From contig MU057521.1 of the NCBI GenBank assembly GCA_013265495.1, positions 558,001 through 622,000 of the forward strand: a DNA stretch of 64,000 nt. The letters run 5' to 3'. A program made the translations under genes and the position numbers. Positions 38,151-51,100 of the stretch are shown here, in pieces; the first letter of the stretch is position 1; each line of letters starts with the position of its first letter. The DNA comes from Vicugna vicugna. Its lineage: Eukaryota. A model generated the notes under the pieces. It had not been told where the DNA came from. It saw only the letters and a list, made by a program, of their open reading frames with translations, and did not search any database.

Positions 38151-39036
38151 ACTTTGTAGAAGCACCAACCAGGTCTACTCTAAAAGTGAATGGCTGGTCC
38201 AAGATTGCCCCATCCCCCATACCCAGTGCTGAAGCCCCACCTCAGACTCTGGAGGTCCCTCCCTGACACTACCCACTGCATCGCTGGAGCTCAATGGAAA
38301 GCACTCATTCTGATAACGTTTTGTGGGCCCTAAAATCACATTAACATATTCATATAAATAAGCATTCCAACATCTGAAGACTCCTGTGAAATGTTGCCTC
38401 TAAATCCTAAGAGGATACTCTCAGTAAAAAGAAGGATCCAACAGAGCATTGTAAGGGAGGAATTGTGATGAGGAAAATCTTAAATATTTAATACAGGGAT
38501 AAAACAGTATATAGTTTCTTAACAAAGGGTTTTAAACTACCCAAAGTTTCAGAGAACAGAATATGGCAGATTCTCAACTGTTCTAAGTGATTCAACTGTG
38601 AACTTCAATAGAAAATATCTGAATAGAAATGTGCCTTGCATTTAATAGGTATTCAACAACTGTTGAATTCAGAGATTTAACCTGATCATTTTTACCCCTA
38701 AAATTGTAATACTAAAATTTCCCCCATATAACATCTATAAATCTTGTTTTAACCCAACCCGTTAAAGTCTATTTTTAGTTCTTCAAAGATAAAATGTTAT
38801 TTAAATCTGATGATGTCTGATCCAAATTATATATGATATATGATATATATAACAACATATAATCAAATATTTTATATAATTGTTCCTCCCTTACTAATAA
38901 TAGGTCTAGAAAATCTTAAGTAAAAGAAATGATATATTTATTATATACTATGTACCAGACAATGTGCTGGGAGATGGAAATATTCAGACATTCATGAGAA
39001 TTTCACAAAGAGTAGCTTTTACTGAATATATCCACA

Positions 39037-39402
39037 TGTTTTAGTCAAGGTTCCCCAGAGAAATAGAACCAGCAGGAGACAGAAAATAAGGAGTTGACTC
39101 ATGCAATTATGAAGGCTGGCAAGCCCAAACTCTGCAGAGCTGATGTCCCAGTTCCAAGGCCGTCAGATAAGAGAAATCTCTCTTACTCAGGGGAGGGTCA
39201 GCCATTTTGTTCTATTCAGGCCTTCAACTGATTGAATGAGGCCCACCCACACTGGGGAAGGCAGTCTGCTTTATTTAGTCTACCAATTTAAATGTTAATC
39301 TCATCCAAAAACATCCTCACAGAAACACCCAGTATAATGTTTGACCAGATATTCAGGCACCCTGTGGCCCAATCAAGATGACATGTAAAATTAACCATAC
39401 CA
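39037..39402 (-). mobile_element. MLT2B-type ERVL LTR
   Basis: ttctattcaggccttcaactgattgaatgaggcccacccac...aaaattaaccat. Confidence 0.9.
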
Positions 39403-39514
39403 TCCAAAAAAAAAAAAACCCTCCTTATTCCCTCTAAATTTTGGTAAGAAATTAATCATCAAGGACAAGTCACTTCAATAAAACATCAAGAGGTTGGTTC
39501 TCTTTTTAAGATAA

Positions 39515-39790
39515 GGAGGCAGTATAGGCTGCTGGTGACCTGAAGGCTCAAGCATATCAATTAGTCTGCTTTGGGTCAAAGTGTCTTCACCACTTATGAC
39601 CTATGTGACTTGGACACACGGTTTACTTCTCTGAGCCTCACCTTCCTCATCTATTAAGATGGGGAAACAATAGTATACATTGAATAGAGTAGTTGGAAAG
39701 ATTAAATGAGATACTTGCCTAATGCATGTCTGTCACATACCAAGTTCTTGATAAACATTAGCTGCTCTACATTAATAATTACTGTTATTA
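39515..39790 (+). mobile_element. MIR
   Basis: ctctgagcctcaccttcctcatct...aagattaaatgagata. Confidence 0.8.
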
Positions 39791-40939
39791 CTGTGAGCTC
39801 CAATTCTAGCCCTTGTTGAAACCTATTAAAATATCGTACAACTGCCTTTGCCAGGATACTGCTTTCTACTGGCATATGTGGGAATTCTATCAGTTACTCA
39901 CACACAGTTTTATCAGTTATTTATACACATAGATCATTCAGTAACAATTCAATCAAAATAACTTTCTGTATTTAAAAAAATCAGTGATGGGGAGAAAATC
40001 TTAAAAGCACCTAAGGTTTATAAAGAGAGATATGGATGTGGAACTGGGCAAAGATACTCCCCAGCTGGCTAAACCCAAGTTGTAATCGGTAACTGTGAAG
40101 GAGCTGGCATTCCAGGGTAGGAGGCAGGACGACAGAGGTTGTTCCTCCTGTCCACCTTGTCTGACCCCAGACCAAGAAGCTTGGACTAAAGTTGAGACTT
40201 GCCTTCTAGAACCGCCCCGTCAGAGCCACTGTGTGATTTGAGAGGATTTCTTCATCCACGGGTGGTCTCTGCTTCCTCCTCTGAAACTCCTGACCTTTAA
40301 GGTACCTCCACCCCATCCCTACTTCAACCAAAGTTTTAAAACTCTGTGGTCTTGCTATGAGGACAAAGGAAGGCAATCTGAACATTTGGAGAAAATCATA
40401 AAAGTAGATGACTGAAGTTTTCCTCTCCCTCTGCCATCTCTCCCCACCCCTCCTATTGAAAAGTATTAGAGTCCTCAGCATCCTCAAGGTCAAAGTTAAA
40501 CCCAGGTTGATACCGTCTCATTTTAGATCCTGGTTGCCTATCTTTTACTGTTCTTGTCAACTGCCTCCTCCAGAATTCATAATCTGTGCACAGTCAGTCA
40601 CTTCCTCTTCAGGGGGAGGTTGGGGGTAGATATTCCCCCTACGCCTGCCTACCCATCACCTTTCCTCTCTCTCCCTCTTAACGTTTTCTTACTCTCTCAG
40701 CCAATAGAGGAGTTTAAACATTTAAATACGGTTCTAAACTGCGTTTAAAGAATTAACCCATTTTGCTCCTCACTGATCTAAACCACAGGGTGCCAACCGG
40801 ACGCTAATTGCTTTCTTTTGGTGGGGTTCCAGACAGCTCCTCAGAAGAAAGGAGCGCACATTCCTGGCACCAATTGGCTAATTCAATTTACTTCAACGGC
40901 ATTAGCCTCTGTCAGAATATTCATGAGCAGGGGAATGAG

Positions 40940-42300
40940 GACCCGCGGCACAGGCAGGCGGCAGCCACTCCGGCTGGGGAAGGCGCGAGGGAGTGGAAGC
41001 GGACCGCGCGCCACGCTCGGGGGACGGTGACCGCGACGAGAGGCTCTTCTCCGCGGGCGGAGCGCAGGGGACCGCGGGAGGGCGGGGCAGGGCATCGGTG
41101 GGGCTGGCGCGCCTGGCATCGAAGCCCAACTCCTGACGACTGCGCGGAGACTTTGCGAAAGATCCGCAGGCAGAAAAGCTGTGACACTTTTGACGGAGGG
41201 GGTAGGGAACCGGCTGCCCGGTGGGTGAAGCAGCGATGTGAGCCGGACGCCTGCCCCGGAGGAGTCTGGACCGAACGTCCGCGGAGAGTCGCCGGCCGTG
41301 CCAGGTAAAGCGGAGAGCTCGGGTGGGGGCCCGCGCGACTGTCCCCGGGCTCCCGCACCAGGCTGCGCAGGGCGCCGGAGCCTGCTCTCCCGGGAAGCCG
41401 CCCCCGGGCGCTGCGGGAGGTCCTGCCCCGCACCGAGTTCCCTCCGAGCGGGTCGGAGTTAGACTTCCTCGGACTTTGAGGGGAAGGGGACGCGAAAGAG
41501 ATGCCGGGGCTGGGGAGCTTCTCTCTGAAAGCTGGAGCGCAGCAGGGCAGGCTGAGGACGCGGCGCGCTGGCAGCCGGGGCTGCGCGCCCGGGTGGTGGG
41601 GACCGGAGACCCAGGAGCGCGGCTCGCGGGAGCGCTTGGCCCAGGCTTTGCCCTCGCTTGCCCCGGGGGCGGCTGCGCCTCCCTCCAGCAGCCGGTGGGA
41701 GAGAGCTGGCCGCGTCCCCCGCTCGAGGATGCGCGCCGTGAAGGGGGACCAGAGACCAAGGCTCCGGGGAGGCTCAGGCGCCTGCGGGGCCGGGGCCGGT
41801 CCCAGTCCCCGCCTCGCGTGGCGCCAGTGCCCGAGTTCGTCCGTGGGAGGAGAATGTGGTGGTGACTCGCGTCCCCGCCACCTGCCGGACATCGCCAACT
41901 CCCCGGATTTCCTGTCTCCGGGCCCTGACACTCCCAGCGAAAGCTCTGAATTGCGCGCGGTTGTTTGGGCTTTGCTTCTGGTAGTTACTGTGGAGGGAGA
42001 GCCGGAGATGAGGGGGCGGCGAGGGGGTCAGATAGGGTGAAAGTTGCAGATTTGCAGAGGAAACACTATAGCGGAGTCCCATCGTGCCCTTAGCAACGGG
42101 AGAGGCTGGACTTCGGATGAAGGAGAAGCCTCTGCCTGTCTATCCACCCCGGGGGTGGGGATGGAGGCTGGAACCTGGAGGGCAGCCCGGAGGCAGCGCC
42201 AGAGCCTTCCCCACCACCACCCTCCCCTGCTAAAACCAGGCAGAAAGTAAGAGCGCTGGCGGCAGAGCACTAAGGGATTGGTCGCCTAGTGGGTTCGGAG
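40940..42300. promoter_or_regulatory. CpG island promoter
   Basis: Abrupt GC/CpG enrichment; GC boxes 41055-41060 and 41080-41085; upstream CCAAT at 40701 and 40870; donor-like CAG|GTAAAG at 41304/41305. Confidence 0.9.
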
Positions 42301-44485
42301 TTTACTGTGCCATTATTATTACTATTATTAATGCCGTCGTTATTGGTACGAACACCAGGAAGGATTTTGTCTTCTGATTGTTACATGTCGCCTGGAAACT
42401 GAGTCTGCCTTTCCCCAAATAAATTATCCCTTGACCCCTCTGGTCTCTGATGCTCCTCTCCATCAAAGAAAATTACCCCTCAGAGCTGTGTGGTGTCAGG
42501 GACCCCACAAAGGAACTGGATCAACCTTAGAACAAAAAGTCACAACTTCACAATGTGCTTGCACCAACACTATAGATGAGTGTTGTATTTCTATGGCTCA
42601 CCCTCCTCAGCCTCTTCTGGCTCCAGAATGGTGGGGGCATTGCCAATGATGAAGCCATACCTGACTGTGCTTTTTCCTTTCAAGTATTTCTACGATCTGG
42701 AAATTAATTTTTCTCTTGGTGTAACCCTCGTTGTCCCACAGGGCATGTTACCTGGCAGGGGCACACTCAGGTTCTCAACACCAGAGGAAGCCACAAGGGC
42801 ACCTGCGGTCGCCTCCTCTTGGCTTGGCCCCTGGTCATAGCTGCTCCAGGGCACAGGCTTGGCCAGCTGATGACGCAGAAAACAGGGCAAGACTGTGGGA
42901 GAACAGCATGTCAGAGTTAAGCCAAGTGCAGGAGATGAGGTCAAGCCTCCTCGCTGGCCACATCCCTTCCTGCCAGAGAAAAAAGAGAGACAAACGAGGC
43001 AAATGGGAAGTATTATAAATTGGAACCAAGCTCTCAGAGTCTACTTAGGCTGTTGCCACTGACTTTGGTATGACCTTTCCTTGCCAGCGCTTCTGATTTT
43101 CCCTATTGCCAATGCATGAGTAGCCATGCCTTTCTAATAGGACAGTTGTGGTGAGATGATCTAATTTTGTTTCCCAGAATGCTTTGAGCATCCTGGGAAA
43201 GGACAGTCTCTAAAATACGCGGTTTTACTGTTTTGTGAAAAGTTTGCCACACTGCAGGTTACAGAGATTCATTTTTAGCATGTGTGCCATGTGGCAGTGT
43301 GGAATTAAAATGGAAAAGGAAAGTACAAACATAAAAATGACTTAGCATTCTTGACATTCTTGTGCATACTTGTAGAAAAATTATCTTTCATATGGGGAGA
43401 GTTGCCTGGGAATTTAATCAGTGTTTACACTACTGAGACGCCCCCTTCTACCTTTCTCCCCTGTAAAATTTTATGACCCAGTTCTCACAGGAGAGGCAAT
43501 GGGAATGTAGTAAGTGCTGGGGGCTGAGGGGCAGGACGGAAGGGTTGTTAGGGGAACCATCACATAGAGTTTGGAGAATGGAATGGGAAGAAAGATGCCA
43601 TCATCCTTGCAGAGCAGGGAAACATTCTTCTGGAAAAAAAAAAAAGTTGAGCAGTATAGGGTAACAGACCCAGCACTGGCTGTTGTCTGCTCTCAGATGC
43701 AGGATGGGAACTCCATTAGATGGTCCAAAGAGGACTAACCAAGGTGTCCTGCCCTCCTCCCTTTGGTAAAGGTAACTGCCTTCCTCTTATCTTTGGATTG
43801 CTGTTAACTTCTCCATCCCTGTCTGCACAGCGCAGTAGTTTCCCCTTGCCATTTGAAAGAGATTCAGATGTACTCTCTCAGCCCCTTATATATTTCTAAA
43901 TATGCCCCAAGTGCTGAAGCCTCTCAGAGATGTGCAGCTGTTGGCGAATTTAAGTAAAAAGTTGGAAGTAATCAAGAGAGCCACTGAAAAGTGGGTACAG
44001 TTTTCCCCTGGTGAAGTTATTGAATGCCTTTTGAGCTAGAGAATTACCCGTGTAGAAAGCAGAGGGAAGGGTTTCCTTGACTTCCCTCTACTCATAAACC
44101 AGTAGTTGTATTTTTCTTTCCCTCATAGTAGTGAGCACTGTTTGGTGAAGCATTTTTTACAGTTTCCGACTTAAAATGGAGGTTTTGCCTGGTGGTGTTC
44201 TATGGAGAGAGGAAAAATGTAAAGAGATACGGAAGGAAGAGCTGCAGTGGCCAGAACATAAATCAGCCAGAATATATGGGGGGGTGATGAGAATAGGTCT
44301 TTTCACCCTAAAAAAAAATGTCCACTTTGGAAGAAAAAGAAGTCTGATTATTGGCATCCAAGGCTGAAACCAAGGCAGCTGATGCCGAGAGGAGCCAAAG
44401 GGCAGTTCTTCTTAGTTTAGAAACAGCAAGACAGCCTCTGCCAAAGATTGCTGTAAACACGGAATAAAGATTTCATTGTGGGCTG
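41130..44485 (+). ncRNA. Candidate spliced non-coding transcript (exon 1 ending 41304; terminal exon ~44129-44485)
   Basis: Donor at 41305, acceptor TTTTTCTTTCCCTCATAG ending 44128, AATAAA 44463-44468 with GT-rich downstream sequence; TSS is a guess. Confidence 0.4.
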
Positions 44486-46400
44486 GTGTGACTAGAATAA
44501 TTAGACAGTTAATTGTTCATTCTGATCTGGTGGTGTTGTAATCAGTAGTGCAGAGAAGCAAAAATAAGAGCAAGGGAGAAATAGAAAAGTAACAGATCAC
44601 TTTTATCTTCACTCGTTTCACTCTGATGGTACTTGGGAAAATCCTGATTCATTTAAAAAAAAAGTACATTCATATCCCCAGAACACAGAAAATGCCGGTG
44701 ATCTGAGTTCCATTGCTGCTGTTTCTCCCCCTCCAAGTTCTACTCTGGCTGTGGACAAAATTTCTCATCTTCTAAAATCAGCCTGAGAAACTACAGAAGT
44801 AACGAATGCCTGGGGTAACTCCACTATTAATTCATAGATTTGTTAGATGCAAACCTTCAATCAAAATCTATGCAAATAGCCCCAGATTTTTCTGCTTCTC
44901 CGACACTGTTTTCACAGACATACAAGGTTAAAGAAGTAAGCATTCCATTTTTTGACATTTCATTATATTCTATTGTGAAACAAATTGCCCAGTGATTAAT
45001 CTTTCACATTTAATGGAAGAAATAGCCTCCTCTGTATTTTCATACTAATTTAGAGACAAAAGAAACCATATTTTAAGTGATAAGGGTGATTCTAAGCAGC
45101 TGAGCATCTACAGTTATTATAGGCAGGAGACTGTGGCTTATTGTTATTTACTAAAAGATGGAACTGTCATAAATCCCTTCTGAAACGACTTCTCAATGAA
45201 ACAATGAGTAAGGGACTCCTAGAGGGTATTAAGCACTTGGTGTCTGGGGTGGGGGAAAGGAAGAACCATGTATTCATTAGGTTCAAACCCTCCTTGAATC
45301 CCAATATTGACACAAACTATGGAGCAAAGTTCTCATTATTTGAATTTTAAAAAGAAACATTTTTAGTGTCAATGTTAAGTATAATTGTTCTGGGAATAAA
45401 AGCACTACGTTATAAAGAAAGTATAATAAATTACATAAGGTCATAAAGTCTCATAAAGAGAAACACTTAGTTTCTCCAAGATACTCATTTTGTCTCAATT
45501 TGTTTAAGAAGTACAACACTGCCCTTACTAACCTCTAACTTTTTTTACCCATCATGAATCAAAAGGGACTGCAAAGGAAGAATACTGACTGAAGTGTTAA
45601 AAAGCGTACGTGGTACAAAATTATGGAACTATCTAGCTTTCGGAAGACAAAATTCTACTTTACAAAATGCACCGTCTATAGCAATTCAAAATAGAAAATC
45701 ATATTGCCACATTAAATTATGGAAACAACCCATTTTAAAGAGAAATTTAGCCTTTTCTCATTTAATTGCTATTCATAGTTTGCTAAATAGTTTTTCAGAA
45801 TAATCTGCCAATCTCCTGCTAACCAGGACTGTCTAGTTAAGAACATTCCTAATTACATATGGATTAACTTAATTTTAGAACCCTAAGAATATTCAACTCA
45901 AAGCATTACTCAAGTGCAATGCAAAACAGAAATGGCCCAATTCCCCTAAAGGTATATGTAATTTTTTTATAAGTTTAAGGAATCATAAAAGAGAGAACAT
46001 TTGGTATGGGAATACATCAATGAATAACTACAATAAAAGAGTAAGGGAAGCCATAAACTGTTAGATCTTTTAAATATATGCGGAGTAAAGTAGTAACGAT
46101 ACCACTGGTCATTTCTTCTTCCAAAGCAGCAAGGGCTGGTCATATAAAACGTCATGCAGCGTACAAATGACAAACACGCAGCATTGCCTGAAATGGGGGT
46201 GTTTTCGATATCTGTAAGAATGTTTGATAATCTAATCAGGAGTTTAGAATTTATTTGGACTAATCCCATAGCCACGTCAAGAGAGGTTTCTTGTATGGAA
46301 GAGATGTTTCTCATAGTCGCAGAGCTCCTAGCTGGAGTCTTACACATAGTAGATTCTCAATAATATATGTTGGTCTCATTTTTACCAGAAAAATAAAATG
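43300..46400 (-). mobile_element. Ancient L1-like LINE, copy D (ORF2 endonuclease + RT)
   Basis: IQETSL 46296-46279; LAGDWQIIL 45822-45796 (same frame); LYETL*PYV 45458-45432; TPG..FSG*F*K ~44800; TDYN ~44540; AALVSALDA 44379-44353; KWTFFFRV 44327-44304. Confidence 0.7.
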
Positions 46401-48704
46401 GAACTAATGGAATTTCCAAGGTGGATGAATCTATAATAGTCAAATACTTGAATTGACTTTGTTACTTCAAATTCTTTTCCCGAAACTGGCAAGATACACC
46501 TGTGATTAATAGTCATAATTACTGGCAATTTTCTGGTGTGGGTTTGAGGGAGGAAGGAAAAGAGGAAAATCTTTAAAGGCTTTCCTTTTGTTCAAGTTTT
46601 ACCTAAATATTGAATGTGTTTATGTATAGCTAAGTTGTTAAAAATGCACAGAATCTCTTCATAATAAAGATGGCACTTCCCCAAATGGTTATTATTCGCA
46701 ACAAATCATCACACATATTCTACCCTTGAAGTACTGAGTATTAGACCAATTGTGGCTGCATATTCTCTGCAACTAAGTAAAGAGTAATTAACAAAATAAT
46801 AATTTCATTCCACGGCAATGGCTATCTCTGGTTGTCACAGAAGCTCACTTGACATATGGCCAAATGGTCAAGCCCAACCGTGCAACTGCAGCACTGTCCA
46901 GCATCCCGTGGGAGGAGACAAACCTATAGTGAAATGATATGTGGCCAATACACTGACACTTTTCTGCTCCTGCACCTGATTTATAACTAAAATAAGCTAT
47001 GTTAACCTTCCTACCAAAATGAAAAGCAGATGCCCATAGGAACTGAAATGTCTATAGGTAAAGCATCAGCCTAGTTTTTTCTTTTAGGTCTGACCTTAGT
47101 TGAATGAACAAGGTGGTCTTAGTGTTTTCCTAGAGAACAGTACATAGTGTAATATGTTGGCATAATTGGGAGCCAATAGTCAAGAGAGAACCAGGCTAGA
47201 ATTAGCATGAAGATTCAATTACCCCTTGTTCCCAGAGGCAGTTGTTTACCAGGATTGGAGCTAAGGTTGTGGTCAAAATAGCCCAGGAAGATGTGCAGTG
47301 CAGCTTGCTTGTTCTCTAGCCAATATCTCTGGATGGAACCAAACTTTGGTTTCCACTTTCCACCAAAAAGTTAAAAGATAATTTATTAGATAGTAGGTGA
47401 TATAAATTGCTGGATACACATTTTAAGTGTGCATAAGTATTTTAGATGTATTTATAAAAATTTGTGGTTAAAGCTACTGTATACATAGTGTCTTCCTGAA
47501 GGAATAATGTGCATTTTACATCATATTCATTATTATTTTGTTTCATTTTATAAAGCCAATGACTTTGAACTCCTGATCAAGTCCTAATATGGATTAATTT
47601 GCACATATTATGAATAATAAATGTATTTACCATCATTTGTTTTCAAAAACCAATAGAAGTCATCTCATTTAGCAATTTAATTAGAAGTGAGCTAAAGGGA
47701 TTTCATTTAGAAGTAATTTCTAAAGGCAACTAAATACATTTTTTTTTAATTTGAAAGATTATTAGCACTCTGATAAGAGTATCAAAACAGATGGAAGTGA
47801 ACATTCAATCTTTGCATCTACAATCTTTTTCCATGCAAATGTTCTGGGTAGACATGCAGAATGGGTGTATCACCTACGTATCACCTATTAAGGTTGGGGG
47901 AGAAACCAACTGAACATTACAGCCATCTCTGTGCCCATCCATCCACAGACCCAAAGGTTCACTTACCTTCTTTTTCTAATGCAAGAAACAATACAAGTTC
48001 CAATATGCCTTTTAAAAAACCCCTTGATTCCCTACATCCTAGGCCTCATCTGAAGTATGAATTTGCAAAGGCACCATCATCATATCACTGAAAGAAGCCA
48101 CACTTGAGAGCATGTGTCTTGTAAGCTTTTTTGGACATTAAATAAGACTAAATCTGTGCCATACTTTGCACAAACTGGCAAGAAATCCCAAGGATGCTCC
48201 TCTTGTAAATAATTATTACATAAGATCTTTTGTTATCAGTCACGCTACAAATTATATTTAAAGCAAACAGTGTCTAGCAATCAAAGTATGTCTTCATTAA
48301 CATTATAGTTGTAAAGTGTTATTGTTGTTTCTACCTTTATCCTTAAGCCTATGTTCTCATCTCAATAATACTGGGAAAATTTATTGCAGCCTAAAAGTAT
48401 GAAGCATGCTCATATTTGGAAATAAAATCCTTGAGTAGTCATCAAAAAATTAATCCATTTGGCAGTTCTGCACCTCAGTGGAATACTTCAGGCAGCTAAG
48501 CACAGAGGCTATCATCCAGTTCATAGGGCTGGTGGACATTTGGAGATCAAATTACTGAGGCTTGCTTCTTTAAACACAGGAAAACAACAGGTTTCTTCAT
48601 AATACAGAAATGCTGTCCATGTCTTTGGATACATCTATATAGTTTTCTTGTGTCAATTAAAATGTGTTGCATTCAGAGAGAAAGCAGAAAGCGCAATAAA
48701 AATG

Positions 48705-48930
48705 AATAGCCACTATTTGTTTAAGTCCTTGCCCCTGGGCCAGACACCATGCTGAGTGCTTCACATGCATGACCTCATTAATCTTCTTTGGGAAGTCAGT
48801 ATTGTTATCATATTCATTTTGCAGGTGCAGAACCTGAGGCACAAGGCTAAGTAGTCACCCAGGGCAGATTTCGAACCCAGGACTCTCTGGCTCCCAAGTC
48901 TGGAGTTCTAATCATGCAATTACACTGCCT
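48705..48930 (-). mobile_element. MIR
   Basis: tcattttgcaggtgcagaacctgaggcaca...gatttcgaacccagg. Confidence 0.8.
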
Positions 48931-48939
48931 CCCCTACAT

Positions 48940-49165
48940 CAGGGTTTCTTACCTTGGTACTAATTACATTTGAGGCCAGATAATTCTTAATTCTTTATTG
49001 GAGGAGTGAGAAGGAGCGGTCCTGTGTGTGTAGGACACTTAGCAGCATCCCTGGTCTCTACCCACTAGATGCCAGTAGCATCCTCTCAGCTGTGAACACC
49101 AAAAATGTCTCCAGGTGTTGTCCAGGTCCCTGGGGAGCAAAATTACCCCTGCTGGACAACCACTG
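48940..49165 (+). mobile_element. MER20 hAT-Charlie element
   Basis: agcagcatccctggtctctacccactagatgccagtagca; ends caaccactg. Confidence 0.9.
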
Positions 49166-49299
49166 GCACAGAGCAAAATTCAACCTCCATATATTGTTCA
49201 TGTTGCACACATTTTCAACCTAAGGTTAGGTCATTCATTTTTCAAATAATAATATAGATAAGTCTCATGGTTATGTTAGCTACATTAGAGATTTTTTTA

Positions 49300-49456
49300 A
49301 CACTTTTTTTCCTTGTATTTTGGGGGGGGGAGAAGGGAGGCAATTAGATTTGTTTGTTTGTTTGTTTATTATTTATTTTAATGGAGGTACTAGGGATTGA
49401 ACTCAGGACTTCATGCATACTAAGCATGTGCTCTACTACTGAGCTTTACTCTCCCC
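49300..49456 (-). mobile_element. Camelid tRNA-derived SINE (Vic-1-like)
   Basis: Minus strand GGGGAGAGTAAAGCTCAGTAGTAGAGC...GAGTTCAATCCC (A and B boxes), A-rich tail, TAGAGAT on both flanks. Confidence 0.8.
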
Positions 49457-50284
49457 ATAGAGATAATTTGTAAAAAGAAAACAAAAACAAAAACAAAAAC
49501 AAAAAAAACCAAAAAATGATGAGACAAAACTTTCAGAGAAAAAATTACTACGTCAACATGAATTTATTAATATCAATTCTGCTCCTACTAAGCTCATTTC
49601 CTTTGGGGCCCAAATGGGGTGATCAAGAGATCCCTGTGATTATATTTTTGTATCAACAAAGATCAGTATAATGGTTGAGGAAGTTTTAAGCCATAGCACC
49701 TCAAGATGCCAAATAACAGGATTGTCCACAAGACTCCAGGTTCCAACAGAACAGGCATGGCAACCCTTTTGCTCATCTTCATACCCCCTGAACTCAACAT
49801 CATGCCTAGCATGTAGTCAGTATTCAATAAATACGTCTTTACTAAATGAATGAAATATGGTTAACCTAGTGTAGGTTTTGGATGCTCTACCATAGGCCTC
49901 TGGACTTGATATGGATTACATTTTTCTTTAATCAGTGGCACTGATGTGCACATGATAATATGCGATCATATCTATAAATTTAATGAAACCAAAGGGATAG
50001 AGAAAACATTACATGAAGAAATATGATCAAAAAGGCTGATAGAATGGACCAGATCTAATAAGATGAAATTTATTGTGAACAATGCCAGTGAGGAAAATAA
50101 ACCGTGTGCAGACTGAGCAAGGCCCGTCACAGCCAGGGCAAAGCGGGGCTGGGACCCAACCCCAGGCCCTTGTTACCCACTTTCTCCAGGGATGAGTCGG
50201 TCCTACCTTTGCTCTGTCTTGGTCAGGGGGCACCTGACATGACCTGTTCTGTTCCTCTCATCATACTCTACCCAAGCTGTATCT

Positions 50285-50705
50285 GTAGGAAACAGCCAGT
50301 GGCCTGAAGGGACCTAAAAACATGCCTTTCAGATGAATGGCTGAAGGGCTTTAAAATGGCAGACCTGACATAGAAAAGACCCCAAGGGGCCATAATAGTC
50401 ACCTTCAAGTATCTGGAATATCTTCATGTGAAATATAAAATAAATGTATCCCACATTGCCATGGAGAAGAAAATGAGGGCCCCTGAACGGAAACCACAGA
50501 GAAGCAAATGTTATGCCAGCATAATGATGAGCTTCCAGCATAAGACGAATTGTCCTACCTGAGCTCCCCTGGGAAGCAGTGAGGAGGGCTCAGTCATCAG
50601 AGGGGAGCATGACAATGACTAGCCTATGGGAATTTGAGCCCAAACAGGTGGGAGAGTGTACCAGACATTCTCCAGGATTCCTTCCAGCCCTCAGTGTGTA
50701 TGAAT
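50285..50705 (+). mobile_element. L3 (CR1) 3' portion
   Basis: atagtcaccttcaagtatctgga...ccttccagccctcag. Confidence 0.7.
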
Positions 50706-50829
50706 TCCTTCTCATAGGCTCTTATTGACCTTGTAAATTACTCTATATAATTCTGCTAATAAAAGAAATATCTATATTTTCTCTAATCCATATATTCAGT
50801 CATTGGAGTAACTAAAATAGAATAGACAG

Positions 50830-51100
50830 GAGAGAGAACTTACCACATGCCATATGGAATAAGGGTGATTTCCTGTGTGCCAAGCACTGTGTAAAGCAGT
50901 CACCAGCATTAGCTCATCTTTTCCTCACAAGAACCCCATGAACTAGGATCTGGTATTACCGTCACTGGATAACTGAGGAAACTGAATCACAGAGGAATGA
51001 AATTGTCCCGGCTCACATAGCTAGTAATTCTAGCCTTATTTAACTTGCACCTGAGTCAGTCCAAAGTTACAAAGTCAGTTTTGTAACTACTGAAGCACAC
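50830..51100 (-). mobile_element. MIR
   Basis: cctcacaagaaccccatga...gaggaaactgaatcacagagg. Confidence 0.8.

Larger units (their letters stand above)
27900..38600 (-). mobile_element. Ancient L1-like LINE, copy C (ORF2 and 3' region)
   Basis: YVNVILGP 38348-38325; MGDGAILD 38220-38197; VLKWPIKQG ~37358; GGADG ~35218; PCLSHPD ~34282; WSGAQNRF..QGGSISYNF 32583-32446; LLLGWWY ~31800; 30001-30100 similar to 10934-11022. Confidence 0.6.

Noticed and set aside
40808..42270. Long ORFs (up to 336 aa) in the CpG island
   Set aside because: Overlapping Arg/Pro/Gly/Ala-rich ORFs on both strands, as expected from stop-poor GC-rich DNA; no recognisable domain.
44284..44347. C/D-box snoRNA (GTGATGA...CTGA)
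   Set aside because: No terminal stem and no recognisable guide; probably chance.
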